A program made the translations under genes and the position numbers. The notes under the pieces were generated by a model, which saw nothing but the letters and a program-made list of their open reading frames with translations, was not told the DNA's origin and did not search any database. A stretch of DNA of 64,000 nucleotides from Bryobacterales bacterium (GTDB lineage Bacteria > Acidobacteriota > Terriglobia > Bryobacterales > Bryobacteraceae), in NCBI GenBank assembly GCA_038230275.1, contig JBBRNO010000015.1, positions 17,641 through 81,640 of the forward strand, given 5' to 3'. Positions 9,191 to 19,329 of the stretch are shown here, piece after piece. Positions within the stretch are counted from its first letter, which is position 1, and each line of letters opens with the position of its first letter.

Positions 9191-10768
9191 CTACAGTACA
9201 CTTCGTTCCTGATAGGTTCCGAAAACGTCGCGCAGCGCATCGCAGATCTCACCGAGAGTTGCGTAGGCGCGCACTGCATCTAGTATATAGGGCATTGTGT
9301 TCCCGTGTGAGGTTGCGCAATCCCGCAGTCCGGTAAGGGCGATGTTCACGGCACTGCCATCCCGCCGCGCGCGCAGATCGCGCAGCTTTTCGGTTTGCGT
9401 TGCAGCGGCCTGCTCATTCATGCGCAGGATTTCAATCTGCTCTTTCGAATCCTCCGCAAACGCGTTCACACCCACTATGATTTGCTCGCGCGATTCAATG
9501 GCGCGCTGATAGGCGTAGCTGGCGTTCGCAATTTCACTTTGCGGAAAACCGGCGTCGATGGCGGCAATCATTCCGCCCATCGCATCGATTCGTGCGATAT
9601 ACACTCGCGCTTCCGCTTCCATGCGATTGGTCAGGTTCTCCACAAAGTAACTGCCGCCCAGCGGGTCCGGCGTTTCCGTCACTCCTGTTTCGTAGGCCAG
9701 AATCTGCTGCGTGCGAAGCGCCAGCGTCACCGCATGTTCACTGGGAAGCGCATAGGCTTCGTCCAGTGAATTCGTATGCAAGGATTGCGTGCCGCCTAGA
9801 ATTGCGGCCATCGCCTGCAATGCCGTACGCACAATGTTGTTGTTGGGCTGCTGCCAGGTGAGCGAGCACCCGGCGGTCTGCGCATGAAAGCGCAGCTTCC
9901 AGCTTCGTTCGTCGCGCGCATGAAAACGGTCGCGCATGATCTCCGCCCACAACTTTCGTGCGGCGCGGTACTTGGCGATCTCCTCAAAAAAATCGTTATG
10001 CGCGTTGAAGAAGAAACTGAGCCGTGGGGCAAAATCGTCCACCGCCATGCCGCGTTCCACGGCCCACTCCACGTATTCAATGCCGTCACGCAGCGTGAAC
10101 GCAAGTTCCTGCACGGCGGTGGATCCGGCTTCGCGAATGTGATAGCCGCTGATGGAGATTGGGTTGAACCGCGGCGTGTGACGGGCGGAGTATTCAATCA
10201 CATCGGTGACCAGCCGCATGGAGGGGCGCGGCGGATAGATAAACTCCTTCTGCGCGATGTACTCCTTCAGGATGTCATTCTGCAATGTTCCCGATAGTTG
10301 CGCCGCGGCGACGCCTTGCTTCCCGGCCGCGGCAATGTACATGGCATAGAGAATCGGCGCCGGAGAATTGATGGTCATGGAGACCGTCACCTTGTCCAGC
10401 GGAATCTCCTGGAACAGAATTTCCATGTCTTCCAGCGAAGAAATGGACACGCCGCACTTGCCTGTCTCGCCTACCGATGTCTCGTGGTCCGCGTCGAATC
10501 CCATCAGCGTCGGAAGATCGAACGCCACCGATAGTCCGTTCTGCCCTTGGGCCAGCAGGTATCGATAGCGCGCGTTGGTTTCCTCCGGCGAACCGAAGCC
10601 GGAAAACTGGCGCATGGTCCAAAGCTTTCCGCGATACATGTCACGGTGAATCCCGCGCGTGTACGGGAACTCGCCGGGGCTGGGGACGGGCGCAGCCGGC
10701 AGATCGGCGGGCGTGTATACGGGGGCCACGGGCAGGCCGCTGAGTGTGGTGAATGTCTTGCTGCTCAT
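9191..10768 (-). CDS. Methylmalonyl-CoA mutase-type catalytic (large) subunit
   Basis: Motif: [53 protein letters not shown] trimmed the track ORF to the ATG at 10768 ([14 protein letters not shown]), because the 67 upstream codons look non-coding. Confidence 0.9.
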   Translation of the reverse strand: MSSKTFTTLSGLPVAPVYTPADLPAAPVPSPGEFPYTRGIHRDMYRGKLWTMRQFSGFGSPEETNARYRYLLAQGQNGLSVAFDLPTLMGFDADHETSVGETGKCGVSISSLEDMEILFQEIPLDKVTVSMTINSPAPILYAMYIAAAGKQGVAAAQLSGTLQNDILKEYIAQKEFIYPPRPSMRLVTDVIEYSARHTPRFNPISISGYHIREAGSTAVQELAFTLRDGIEYVEWAVERGMAVDDFAPRLSFFFNAHNDFFEEIAKYRAARKLWAEIMRDRFHARDERSWKLRFHAQTAGCSLTWQQPNNNIVRTALQAMAAILGGTQSLHTNSLDEAYALPSEHAVTLALRTQQILAYETGVTETPDPLGGSYFVENLTNRMEAEARVYIARIDAMGGMIAAIDAGFPQSEIANASYAYQRAIESREQIIVGVNAFAEDSKEQIEILRMNEQAAATQTEKLRDLRARRDGSAVNIALTGLRDCATSHGNTMPYILDAVRAYATLGEICDALRDVFGTYQERSVL

Positions 10769-11215
10769 CCGGTCTTTATTGTAGTAGTTACCGCGAAAGT
10801 GGACCGGGTTGTAACCGTACCACCCCCGGATACTCACACGCCTTCCGAACAAGTCCAGACCACACAGGGATTGTTTCGACGTAGAACCGAATGCGCTCGA
10901 ACTCTGACTTATTCCGAAAGTTAGGTCGAAAGCTTTTCTACTGCCCGTAGCCGTAGTCGCTTTCAGCATCGAGTCAATTTCGGCAGAGGCGTCCTAGTTG
11001 ACAATGCTGGATCAATGCTGTTTTCACACGATGGATAATCGACGAAAACACTCTCATTATGGAGAAATGGCAGCCGGGGAGTCCTTCACGAGCTGTCACT
11101 GCTCCGGAAGGCTTACGCTTTGATGAGTGTGAGATTGCGCAATTGGCTTGGTGTCAATCGGAAGCCTAGTCTCCCGGCGCTGGTTAAGTAAGAAGAATAG
11201 AGGGCGTATCGGATT

Positions 11216-11971
11216 TTGCGAATCGTCGTATTTCGCGCCGGCCGGTATCATTTTAAGGACTCAATCGGCATTCCACATCCGAAGTTGATATGCTGGATAG
11301 CCAGATCTTGTAGCCGTCGGAGGAGGCGTATAAGCGGTACGTCCACACGACATGAGCAGGAGATTCGGCGATACAATGCGTCGCTCACCGATGTTGATTT
11401 TGCGCAGATCAGACCATCTTCTGAGATCGAGCAGTCTTGCTTCGACGAGGAGGTTCGACGTCGTTCCACCGCGGACCCTGGGCAACCCCTTCCCAAACAT
11501 CTGAGACTGAGCCCTGTCACGGTATGCGTTAACTTGGGGTTCGGGTTTGGGCCCGAGATAACCTTCGGCATACCGTCTCGCTGCGTCTGTTGCATGGGTT
11601 TGGGCGAAGAACCGTTGGTTGCGAGTCAGTCGTCCGGGAGAACTTATACGACGTTGACGTTTCAAATTTGCCGTATTTGCTTGAAACATGTGAAGCAGAA
11701 AAAGACGATTGATGCCTGCATGACGTTCGGAGTGATTGTCATCTTTATGTTGACACTAACTCTCCCTGGTCCCTCCGCAGTCATTCTAACAGCGGTGTCA
11801 GCGCTGATCGCGTGGGCGGCCTCCCTGGAACTCAACCGACGGAAGCGCCGCCCCGAGTGCTGGTGTTTCGGTAGCCCTGTGAGGCTGTTAGATCGCGGCG
11901 GTCGGTTTGAGTTTGCAAACGCAGAGTACGCAGATGCGTTCCGGAAACTAAATCACCTTCACGCCTCGTAG
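11216..11971 (+). CDS. Hypothetical zinc-ribbon protein with two TM helices; start uncertain
   Basis: Only the distal part looks coding: CVCC...CRIC, two hydrophobic helices (FGVIVIFMLTLTL, AVILTAVSALIAWAA) and a C-terminal tail. Candidate starts are the TTG at 11534 and the ATG at 11594. The region is lower in GC (line 11221-11280 gives 30/60). Confidence 0.35.
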   Translation: MRIVVFRAGRYHFKDSIGIPHPKLICWIARSCSRRRRRISGTSTRHEQEIRRYNASLTDVDFAQIRPSSEIEQSCFDEEVRRRSTADPGQPLPKHLRLSPVTVCVNLGFGFGPEITFGIPSRCVCCMGLGEEPLVASQSSGRTYTTLTFQICRICLKHVKQKKTIDACMTFGVIVIFMLTLTLPGPSAVILTAVSALIAWAASLELNRRKRRPECWCFGSPVRLLDRGGRFEFANAEYADAFRKLNHLHAS

Positions 11972-12257
11972 CAGGCCGTTCCGACGAGATGTCTAAAACT
12001 TTCGGTTGTTAGTTGGCACATTACGCCCTGGTTGGGCAATGGTTTTCCTTGTCAATATCGAAACTGGCGGGTGCCAGCGGTCTAACTAACATAGGCGTCA
12101 GCGCAACCCTTGGTCTGGTGTTAACCTTTCGGAAGCCACCTTTCTCTTGTCAGGGAATTCTCCCCGCCGTGTACTCTTTGCGATGCATGCCTTGAGCGCC
12201 GGTTTCGCACGTCGTAACACACGGCGGTTAGTTCCTTCAAAGTTGCCAAAACACACT

Positions 12258-12500
12258 TCACGAGCTTGACCGGCCCAAACGCTGCGGCATTGTCTCCATC
12301 AGGGCTCGCAACACATTGTTGACTGATCCGGCATCCTTGAACACGCTGGCAACATCGGGGTCCAGCACTACCGCCAATGTTCCCGGTTGCGCACGTTCAG
12401 CGAATCGATTTGGTTTGGCCTTTGAATAGTCGAGCTGATACTCCGACTCCATATCGCCGGACCTCGTAGGGATTTGCTTAGACTTCGACGTTTTCTTCAT
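12258..12500 (-). CDS. brnA: BrnA-type antitoxin
   Basis: 80 aa. The strings EYQLDYSKAKPNRFA and VVLDPDVASVFKDAGSVNNVLRAL are typical of antitoxins paired with BrnT. The gene overlaps the upstream toxin gene. Confidence 0.8.
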   Translation of the reverse strand: MKKTSKSKQIPTRSGDMESEYQLDYSKAKPNRFAERAQPGTLAVVLDPDVASVFKDAGSVNNVLRALMETMPQRLGRSSS

Positions 12501-12768
12501 AGTCGTCGTGTTCTCGTTTGGTTGCTGTTCGCGCGCTGATTAGGCGGACGCGATCTGGTAGTACCTCTCTGAAGGATATCAGCAATAAGCGTCCCGCTGA
12601 CGAGTGGCCGACGATGATCTCTCGCAACTCCTCAGTTGAGTGCACCGCGTCATCGAAGATTCGCGCAAGGGGATCACTGAACACCGAGGCCGCCTCCTCG
12701 AAGGTTACGCCATGCTTCTTCAGATTCGATGCCGCCTTCCGCGAACCCCACTCAAAAGACAACGCCAT
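12478..12768 (-). CDS. brnT: BrnT (DUF497) family toxin
   Basis: Sequence: MALSFEWGSRKAASNLKKHGVTFEEAASVF.D..A..F.D...S..E.R....G......LL.I.F. The start was moved to the ATG at 12768. Confidence 0.85.
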   Translation of the reverse strand: MALSFEWGSRKAASNLKKHGVTFEEAASVFSDPLARIFDDAVHSTEELREIIVGHSSAGRLLLISFREVLPDRVRLISARTATKREHDDYEENVEV

Positions 12769-12831
12769 AAGTACTTCTCCAGCATACGGCAACAACCCGA
12801 GATCACATAGCGCCGAGCCTACAATAGGTAC

Positions 12832-13446
12832 GTGGAAGACAAACCCTACAACGAGCCGCGCCTCGCTCTCAATCGCATCTACACCAAGACGGGAGACAGC
12901 GGAGAAACCGGGCTTGTGGGTGGTCAGCGAGTCGGCAAAGACGCGCTACGTATTGATTGCTACGGCACCGTGGACGAATTGAACGCGTTCATCGGAATGG
13001 CGTGCTTCACAGCGGAAGAGGCGCAATTGACCAAACTCGCTACGATCCTGAAGCGAGTCCAGCATGAACTTTTCAACCTGGGTTCCATCCTCGCCACTAA
13101 GCCTGAGGACGTCCACCCGAAGCAACCCCGCGTGACCAACACCGAAGTGCAGCAGCTGGAGAACGAGATCGATGAAATGAATGGCGGGCTTCCGAAGCTG
13201 CGCTCGTTTGTCTTACCCGGCGGCTGCCGCTTGAACACGGAACTGCACGCCTGCCGGACAATCTGCCGGCGCGCCGAACGAATCGCCGTGGCGCTAACCC
13301 GGTTAGAAGAAGTGCCTGCCGAGGCCATTCACTATCTGAACCGCTTGAGCGACGCGTTATTTGTCTGGAGCCGCTGGGTGAATCGTGAACTGGCTGTTCC
13401 GGAAGTGCTGTGGCAGCCCAATCAGGCCGCCTCAGGAAACAAGTAG
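12832..13446 (+). CDS. ATP:cob(I)alamin adenosyltransferase, PduO type
   Basis: Motifs: IYTKTGDSGETGL ... DELNAFIG ... HELFNLGS ... FVLPGG ... LHACRTICRRAER ... YLNRLSDALF. Confidence 0.9.
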   Translation: MEDKPYNEPRLALNRIYTKTGDSGETGLVGGQRVGKDALRIDCYGTVDELNAFIGMACFTAEEAQLTKLATILKRVQHELFNLGSILATKPEDVHPKQPRVTNTEVQQLENEIDEMNGGLPKLRSFVLPGGCRLNTELHACRTICRRAERIAVALTRLEEVPAEAIHYLNRLSDALFVWSRWVNRELAVPEVLWQPNQAASGNK

Positions 13447-16400
13447 CTTCTTTTTCTTGATCACCTTCGGACGCTTCGGCGTGCGCGCCACCAGCTTTTC
13501 AGCGAACGCATCATCCACCACTTCGTTCTGTTCGTACTTGTGGCGTTCATTGGTTCCCACCGCCGGACTGGCGCTTTCCGGCCGGGTGACGTAGCGCAGC
13601 TTGCGTTTGACCACGTCCAGCAGCGGTTGAATCTGTTCCTGCATGAAGCGCCACGGCCCCATGTTCTTCGGCTCTTCCTGCACCCAATAAAATTCGTTGG
13701 CCTTGGGATATTCCAGCAGCGCCGCTTGCAGCGCGCCGCTGGGGAACGGATACATTTGCTCCACCCGCAGGATCGCCACATGATTCGCGTTTGTCTTAGC
13801 TCGCCGCTCCTGCAAATCGTAATAGATTTTTCCGGAGCACATCAGCACGCGCTTCACGCCCGCCGCAGCCGCCCCGCTTGTATCGGGAAGCACTTCCTGG
13901 AACTTGCCGCTGGTCAGATCCGCTAGGCGTGATACCGCCAGCGGACTGCGCAACAGGCTCTTTGGAGTAAAAATAATCAGCGGTTTGCAAATCGGCTTCC
14001 CGTCATCGCCGCCGCGCAATTGACGCCGCAGGATATGGAAATACTGCGCAGGCGTGGTGCAGTTCGCCACCTGCATATTTTCCTGCGCGCACATCTGCAA
14101 GAACCGTTCGATGCGAGCGCTGGAATGTTCCGGTCCAAGTCCCTCATAGCCGTGCGGCAGCAACAACACCAGACCGCAAAGTTCGCCCCACTTTTTCTCT
14201 GAGGAAGACAGGAACTGATCGATCACGATCTGTGCGCCATTGACGAAATCGCCGAACTGGCCTTCCCACATCACCAGCGAGGTGGGCGTGGTGAGGCTGA
14301 AACCGAACTCGAACCCCATGGCCGCGTATTCACTGAGCGAACTGCCCCAAACCTCACAGAGCTGGCCGAATCTCGCAAGTTTCTGCAGCGCCACGTACTT
14401 GTGTCCGTCCTCAAAATCGGTCAGTTCCATATGCCGGTTGCTGAACGTTCCGCGCCCTACGTCCTGGCCGCTCAAGCGAACCGAATAACCTTCCGTCAAC
14501 AGGCTGCCAAATGCCAATGCTTCCCCGGTTGCCCAATCGAACGGCTCATCGGCAAGCACGGCCTTGCGCTTCTCGATAACCGGCTTCAATTTGGGATGAA
14601 TGTGGAAGTTGGCAGGCAATGTCGAAATCGCTTCGACTACTTGCTCCGCCGTGCTTCGATCGATCGTAGTCCGGTCACTCAGGAACTGCACCGGCGCTTC
14701 CGGTTCAAATTGCAAAATCTCCGTCGCAGCGGTGGTCTTGGATAGGTCGAACGCCTCGGAAAGCTTGGCAACGTACGCCTTCTTGCGCGCATCCACACTG
14801 GCCTTATCCACCACGCCTTCACTCACCAGGCGGTCAGCATACTTCGCAATCACCGAAACCTGCGCCTTAATCTTTTTGTACATCAAGGGCTGGGTGAAAC
14901 TGGGGTCGTCGCCTTCGTTATGGCCCAGGCGGCGGTAGCAATTCAGATCGATCACCACGTCGCGATTGAATTGCTGGCGGAAGTCGAACGCAATCCGGCT
15001 GACGCGCAACACTGCTTCCGGATCGTCGCCATTCACGTGGAAGATCGGAGCTTGGATCGACCGTGCAATGTCGCTCGAATAAGGTCCGCTGCGGCCGTCC
15101 TCGGGTGAAGTGGTAAAACCCACCTGGTTGTTGATAATCAGATGCACCGTGCCACCGGTAAAATAACCGGGCAACTGCGAAATGTTCAGCGTTTCGAAAA
15201 CCACGCCCTGGCCTGCGAATGCCGCGTCTCCGTGGATCAGAATGGGGATTACCTTGGTGCGCGCACTGTCATGCAGTTCATCCTGCATGGCGCGAACCAT
15301 GCCTTCCACAACCGGGTCCACTGCTTCCAGATGGCTGGGGTTGAACGCCATGGAAACGCCAATTTTCTTTCCTTCCGTCGATCTTCTCGTCCCGTACGCG
15401 CCCAGGTGATACTTCACATCACCGGTGGAATAGCGATTCGCCGTGGCTCCCGGGGCTTCGTCGAAATCGGAGAAAACATCAATCAGCGGCTTATTGCAAA
15501 TGTTAGCCAGAACCGTCAGCCGGCCGCGATGGGCCATGCCGATCACCGCTTCTTCCGCACCGCCATTGGCCGCGCGTTCCAGCGTTTCATCCAGCATCAC
15601 CAGCGCGGATTCGCCGCCTTCCACCGAAAAGCGCTTCTTCCCGATATAGCGTTTGTCCAGGAAGTGTTCGAACTCTTCGCCCTCAATCAAGCGATCCAGA
15701 ATGCGCAAGCGGACGGCGCGTTCCAACGGCTCAGAGTTTAAAGTGGATTCCATGCGGTCACGGAGCCACTCTTTCTGCTCCGGGTACTGAATGTACATGT
15801 ACTCGCAGGCGACCTTCTCGCAATAGGTCTTCCGCAGGTCCGCAATCACCGCCCGCAGCGTCTTTCCGCCCTGCGAGAGCAGCGGACGCTCCAGATCGGC
15901 CTCGGTCAAGCCGTACGTAGCCAGTTCCAGTTCCGGCTGCATTGGGCGGGTGGAACCAAGCGGATCCAGATCCGCAATCAAGTGCCCGCGTACTCGATAC
16001 GCATTGATCAGGAATGCCGACGCTGCTTCTTTTAAAGCATCGCTGGTGGAAAGCGAGGAAGCCGGCGCGGCTAGCGGCGCCACGGATGTTACAGCCGGAG
16101 TTCGCAGTTCCTGCGTGATTCCCAAATCGCTGTAAATTTTTTCGTAGAACCCGCTTTCGCCGTTCAGTAGCGCCTGTAGTTTACCCAGGAACCGGCCGGA
16201 TTCAGCGCCCTGAATAATGCGGTGATCGTAGGTGCAAGTGATCATCATCACTTTGCTGATTCCGATGTGCGCCTTCATCTCCGCGGTGACGGTTTGATAC
16301 TCCGCCGGATAATCCATGGCCCCGGTGGCAATAATGGCGCCTTGGCCGGCAACCAGCCGCGGCACCGATCCCAGCGTGCCCACCGTGCCCGGGTTGGTGA

Positions 16401-17115
16401 GTGAAATGGTGGTGCCCTGGAAATCGGGCATCTGCAGCTTACCGTTGCGTGCGCGGCTCACAATGTCGTCAAACGCGGCCAGAAACTGGCTGAAGTTCAT
16501 AACTCCGGCATTCTTGATGCTTGGCACCATCAACGACGATGAGCCGTCCTTTGCCTTCACATCAACCGCAATGCCGATGTTCACGTCCTTGTGGATTACC
16601 CGGAACAGTTCACCGTTCTGCTCTGTAAAGGAGTGGTTCAGGGAAGGGAACTCGTCCAGCGCCCGTACAATCGCCCAACTGATAATGTGGGTGTAAGAAA
16701 TCTTGCCTTGACCGGCCGCCGCGCGGCGCTCGTTGATCTGCTGGCGCTTCTCTTCGATCACGCGCACTGGAATCATTCGCTGCGAGGTAGCAGTGGGAAC
16801 CGTCAGGCTGACGGTCATGTTCTCAGCAATCTTTGCTGCCACTCCGCGGAGGGGCGTCAGTTGATCGGTTCCAGCTGCCTGCGGCGCCACGGGTTTGGCT
16901 ACCGCTGGCGCCGCTGTCGAGACCGGTGTCGAAACCGGACCAGCTGCAGCTCCAGCGCCATGCCCGTTAGTCCCATTGGGCTTGGCGTGCCCGTTCGTTT
17001 CAAACACTCGTTTCCAGGTGTCGTCGACGCTCTTCTTGTCATGGAGGTAATTCCGATAGAGCTCGTCCTGGAGCCAGCTATTGATACCTAACTTCGGTTC
17101 GGATTGGTCAGACAT
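13432..17115 (-). CDS. kgd: Kgd/OdhA-type 2-oxoglutarate dehydrogenase: an E2-like succinyltransferase domain fused to E1
   Basis: 1227 aa. The N-terminal third carries an acyltransferase catalytic domain ending in TYDHRIIQGAESGRFL. The rest is a SucA-type E1 (GMAHRGRLTVLAN, HGDAAFAGQG, HGYEGLGPEHSSAR). Confidence 0.9.
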   Translation of the reverse strand: MSDQSEPKLGINSWLQDELYRNYLHDKKSVDDTWKRVFETNGHAKPNGTNGHGAGAAAGPVSTPVSTAAPAVAKPVAPQAAGTDQLTPLRGVAAKIAENMTVSLTVPTATSQRMIPVRVIEEKRQQINERRAAAGQGKISYTHIISWAIVRALDEFPSLNHSFTEQNGELFRVIHKDVNIGIAVDVKAKDGSSSLMVPSIKNAGVMNFSQFLAAFDDIVSRARNGKLQMPDFQGTTISLTNPGTVGTLGSVPRLVAGQGAIIATGAMDYPAEYQTVTAEMKAHIGISKVMMITCTYDHRIIQGAESGRFLGKLQALLNGESGFYEKIYSDLGITQELRTPAVTSVAPLAAPASSLSTSDALKEAASAFLINAYRVRGHLIADLDPLGSTRPMQPELELATYGLTEADLERPLLSQGGKTLRAVIADLRKTYCEKVACEYMYIQYPEQKEWLRDRMESTLNSEPLERAVRLRILDRLIEGEEFEHFLDKRYIGKKRFSVEGGESALVMLDETLERAANGGAEEAVIGMAHRGRLTVLANICNKPLIDVFSDFDEAPGATANRYSTGDVKYHLGAYGTRRSTEGKKIGVSMAFNPSHLEAVDPVVEGMVRAMQDELHDSARTKVIPILIHGDAAFAGQGVVFETLNISQLPGYFTGGTVHLIINNQVGFTTSPEDGRSGPYSSDIARSIQAPIFHVNGDDPEAVLRVSRIAFDFRQQFNRDVVIDLNCYRRLGHNEGDDPSFTQPLMYKKIKAQVSVIAKYADRLVSEGVVDKASVDARKKAYVAKLSEAFDLSKTTAATEILQFEPEAPVQFLSDRTTIDRSTAEQVVEAISTLPANFHIHPKLKPVIEKRKAVLADEPFDWATGEALAFGSLLTEGYSVRLSGQDVGRGTFSNRHMELTDFEDGHKYVALQKLARFGQLCEVWGSSLSEYAAMGFEFGFSLTTPTSLVMWEGQFGDFVNGAQIVIDQFLSSSEKKWGELCGLVLLLPHGYEGLGPEHSSARIERFLQMCAQENMQVANCTTPAQYFHILRRQLRGGDDGKPICKPLIIFTPKSLLRSPLAVSRLADLTSGKFQEVLPDTSGAAAAGVKRVLMCSGKIYYDLQERRAKTNANHVAILRVEQMYPFPSGALQAALLEYPKANEFYWVQEEPKNMGPWRFMQEQIQPLLDVVKRKLRYVTRPESASPAVGTNERHKYEQNEVVDDAFAEKLVARTPKRPKVIKKKKLLVS

Positions 17116-17172
17116 GCAATTGTTTAATCGTCAAGGCGCAGGCTGTCCTACACCCCTAAAGTGGTTTACTTC

Positions 17173-18126
17173 CTAACTTCCATGATACCGAACTGTAGCG
17201 TGATCCGTGACCCAGCCCGTTACCTGATCGGTCAAAACGGAAGAGGCTCCACTGGCAGCCAGCGGCGTTCCGTCCAGCAACGCCTTTACGAAATTCTCAA
17301 TGCACGGAAAATGCAGATTGGCATGGGGCGGCAGTTCCTCGCTGCCTCCTGGAAAAACGATCAGCGGACTGTTCAGCGGCGACAGTTCCAATTCGCCTTC
17401 AACGCCCCTGATCCGGAACTCATCCCGCGTCATGCGCGAGTGCCAGCGAGCATCCACAATGCCCCGCACGCCCGACTCATATTCCACCAGCAACGTCGCG
17501 TTATCTTCCACGTCATTGCAGTGGACCAGGTTCGAAGTGTATCCGCAGGCTCGCACTGGCGTGCCGAAGAGAAAGTTAAACGCATCAATGCGATGGGATG
17601 CAATATCGTACAAACAGCCTCCACCCGCGGTCAAGCGGTGCAGCAGCCACGACCGCGTCCCATCTTCGTCGTTAAACCAGGAATGGCAAGTTGCCTCCGC
17701 CACCACCGGCTTCCCGATCACTCCGGCGTCCAGAAGTTCCTTGGCGCGCCGCAGCTTCGGGTACATCCGGCGGTAGTAGGCAATTCCCAGAATCCTATCC
17801 GCGTCGTCGGCGGCAGCTTGCATCAGGCAGGCTTCCGCATAATTCATGGCCATTGGTTTTTCGCACAACACGTGCTTGCCGGCGCGCAACGCAAGGATGG
17901 TTTGCGGCGCGTGCAGGAAGACCGGGCTGGAGATATAAACCGCGTCGATCACTGGGTCTTTCAACGCATCTTCCAGCGACGTCCACACGCGCGTTCGGTA
18001 GGGGACCGCCTTGGCCGGATCGCGAGTCACCACGCCGTACAGCTGGCTGCGTTCTTCTTCCAGAATCGCCGGAATCGCGCGCTTGGTGCTGATGTCTCCG
18101 ATACCCACTACCAGCCAATTGATCAT
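17173..18126 (-). CDS. Gfo/Idh/MocA family oxidoreductase
   Basis: N-terminal Rossmann motif INWLVVGIGDIS. VLCEKPMA is also present. Confidence 0.85.
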   Translation of the reverse strand: MINWLVVGIGDISTKRAIPAILEEERSQLYGVVTRDPAKAVPYRTRVWTSLEDALKDPVIDAVYISSPVFLHAPQTILALRAGKHVLCEKPMAMNYAEACLMQAAADDADRILGIAYYRRMYPKLRRAKELLDAGVIGKPVVAEATCHSWFNDEDGTRSWLLHRLTAGGGCLYDIASHRIDAFNFLFGTPVRACGYTSNLVHCNDVEDNATLLVEYESGVRGIVDARWHSRMTRDEFRIRGVEGELELSPLNSPLIVFPGGSEELPPHANLHFPCIENFVKALLDGTPLAASGASSVLTDQVTGWVTDHATVRYHGS

Positions 18127-18170
18127 TTCTTAGGCATCGTACCGCACCGCTCGTTTGGTAGAATGAAGCG

Positions 18171-19305
18171 ATGACCCTCGAAGAGTTAGAAAGGGAGTAC
18201 GTTTCGCTCCGCCAGCAGGCCGACGCTGTGCGGAGCTATCTTTGACGCGCCTGCCAAAAAAGCCCAGCTAGCCAAGACCGAAGCCGAAATCAGTTCTCCG
18301 GATTTCTGGAATCAGCCGGAAAAAAGCCAGAAAATTATGCAGGACCGCAAGCGCCTGGAAGAAGGCATTGCCCAGGAATCGCAGATTGCCACCCAGACCG
18401 CGGACCTGGATACCCTGTTTGAACTCATGCGCGAAGGTGAGGATGTTGGCTCCGAAATCGAGCGCGAAATGAAGAGCTCCGCGCAGATATTGGAGAAGCT
18501 GCAAACCGGCATGCTGCTCTCCGGCGACAACGACAAAACCAGCGCCATTCTGACCATTCATCCCGGCGCCGGTGGTACCGAAAGCCAGGACTGGGCCGAG
18601 ATGCTGCTGCGGACTTATCTCCGCTGGGCCGAGCGTAACGGCTATGAGGCTATCGTCACAGATCGTTTGGAAGGCGATGGCGCGGGCATCAAATCCGCCA
18701 CCATTGAAGTAAACGGTGAGAACGCGTTCGGTCTGTTGCAATCGGAAATCGGCGTGCACCGGTTGGTGCGGATCTCTCCGTTCGATTCGGCGGCCCGGCG
18801 GCATACCTCGTTCGCGTCGGTCTTTGTCTATCCGCAGATCGACGACGAGATCAAGATCGATCTGAAACCGGAAGACCTTCGCGTGGATACTTTCCGGGCA
18901 GGCGGAGCGGGCGGCCAGCACGTCAACCGTACCGATTCCGCCGTTCGCATGACGCATCTTCCAACGGGCTTGGTGGTGCAGTGCCAGAATGAGCGGTCCC
19001 AGCATAAAAACAGGGCCAGTGCGCTGAAACAGATGCGTGCCAAGCTCTACGAATTCGAGCTCGACAAGAAGAAGGATGAAGAGCGGAAGGTAGAAGATTC
19101 CAAGCTGGGAATCAACTTCGGCAGTCAGATCCGCAGCTACGTGCTGGCCCCTTACCGCATGATCAAAGACCACCGCACAAAGCTCGCCGTTGGCGATGTG
19201 GACCGTGTCCTGGACGGCGATCTGGACGAGTTCATTCACGCCTTCCTGGTTTTCAAGCGTACGGGAAAAACGGCCGGCGACGCGAAAGACGATCTGCCGG
19301 ATTGA
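18171..19305 (+). CDS. prfB: Peptide chain release factor 2, requiring a +1 frameshift at 18243
   Basis: Frame 0 runs from the ATG at 18171 through 24 codons (MTLEELEREYVSLRQQADAVRSYL) to a TGA at 18243-18245. The +1 frame continues DAPAKKAQLAKTEAEISSPDFWNQPEKSQKIMQDRK... into track ORF 18337-19305. SPF and GGQ motifs are present. Confidence 0.95.
18231..18246 (+). other. RF2 programmed +1 frameshift signal (internal SD-like GGAG, then CTT TGA C)
   Basis: The sequence cGGAGcTAT CTT TGA C was read directly. It has the same architecture as the E. coli prfB recoding site. Confidence 0.9.
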
Positions 19306-19329
19306 TCGAAACAAAGTGATCGGAACAGC

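Noticed and set aside
10769-10969. N-terminal 67-codon extension of the mutase ORF, and a possible cobalamin riboswitch in the long leader
   Set aside because: The extension has no similarity to mutase N-termini, and the ATG at 10768 gives the canonical start. I could not find a B12-box-like element or the conserved GGTG...AA.TCC core in the leader.
13432-13446. 15-nt convergent overlap of the pduO and kgd 3' ends as a possible regulatory feature
   Set aside because: Short convergent overlaps are common in compact high-GC genomes. No associated structure was seen.
17161-18174. 337-aa ORF on the plus strand
   Set aside because: It is antisense to the Gfo/Idh/MocA oxidoreductase. It has no motifs and is a high-GC shadow frame.
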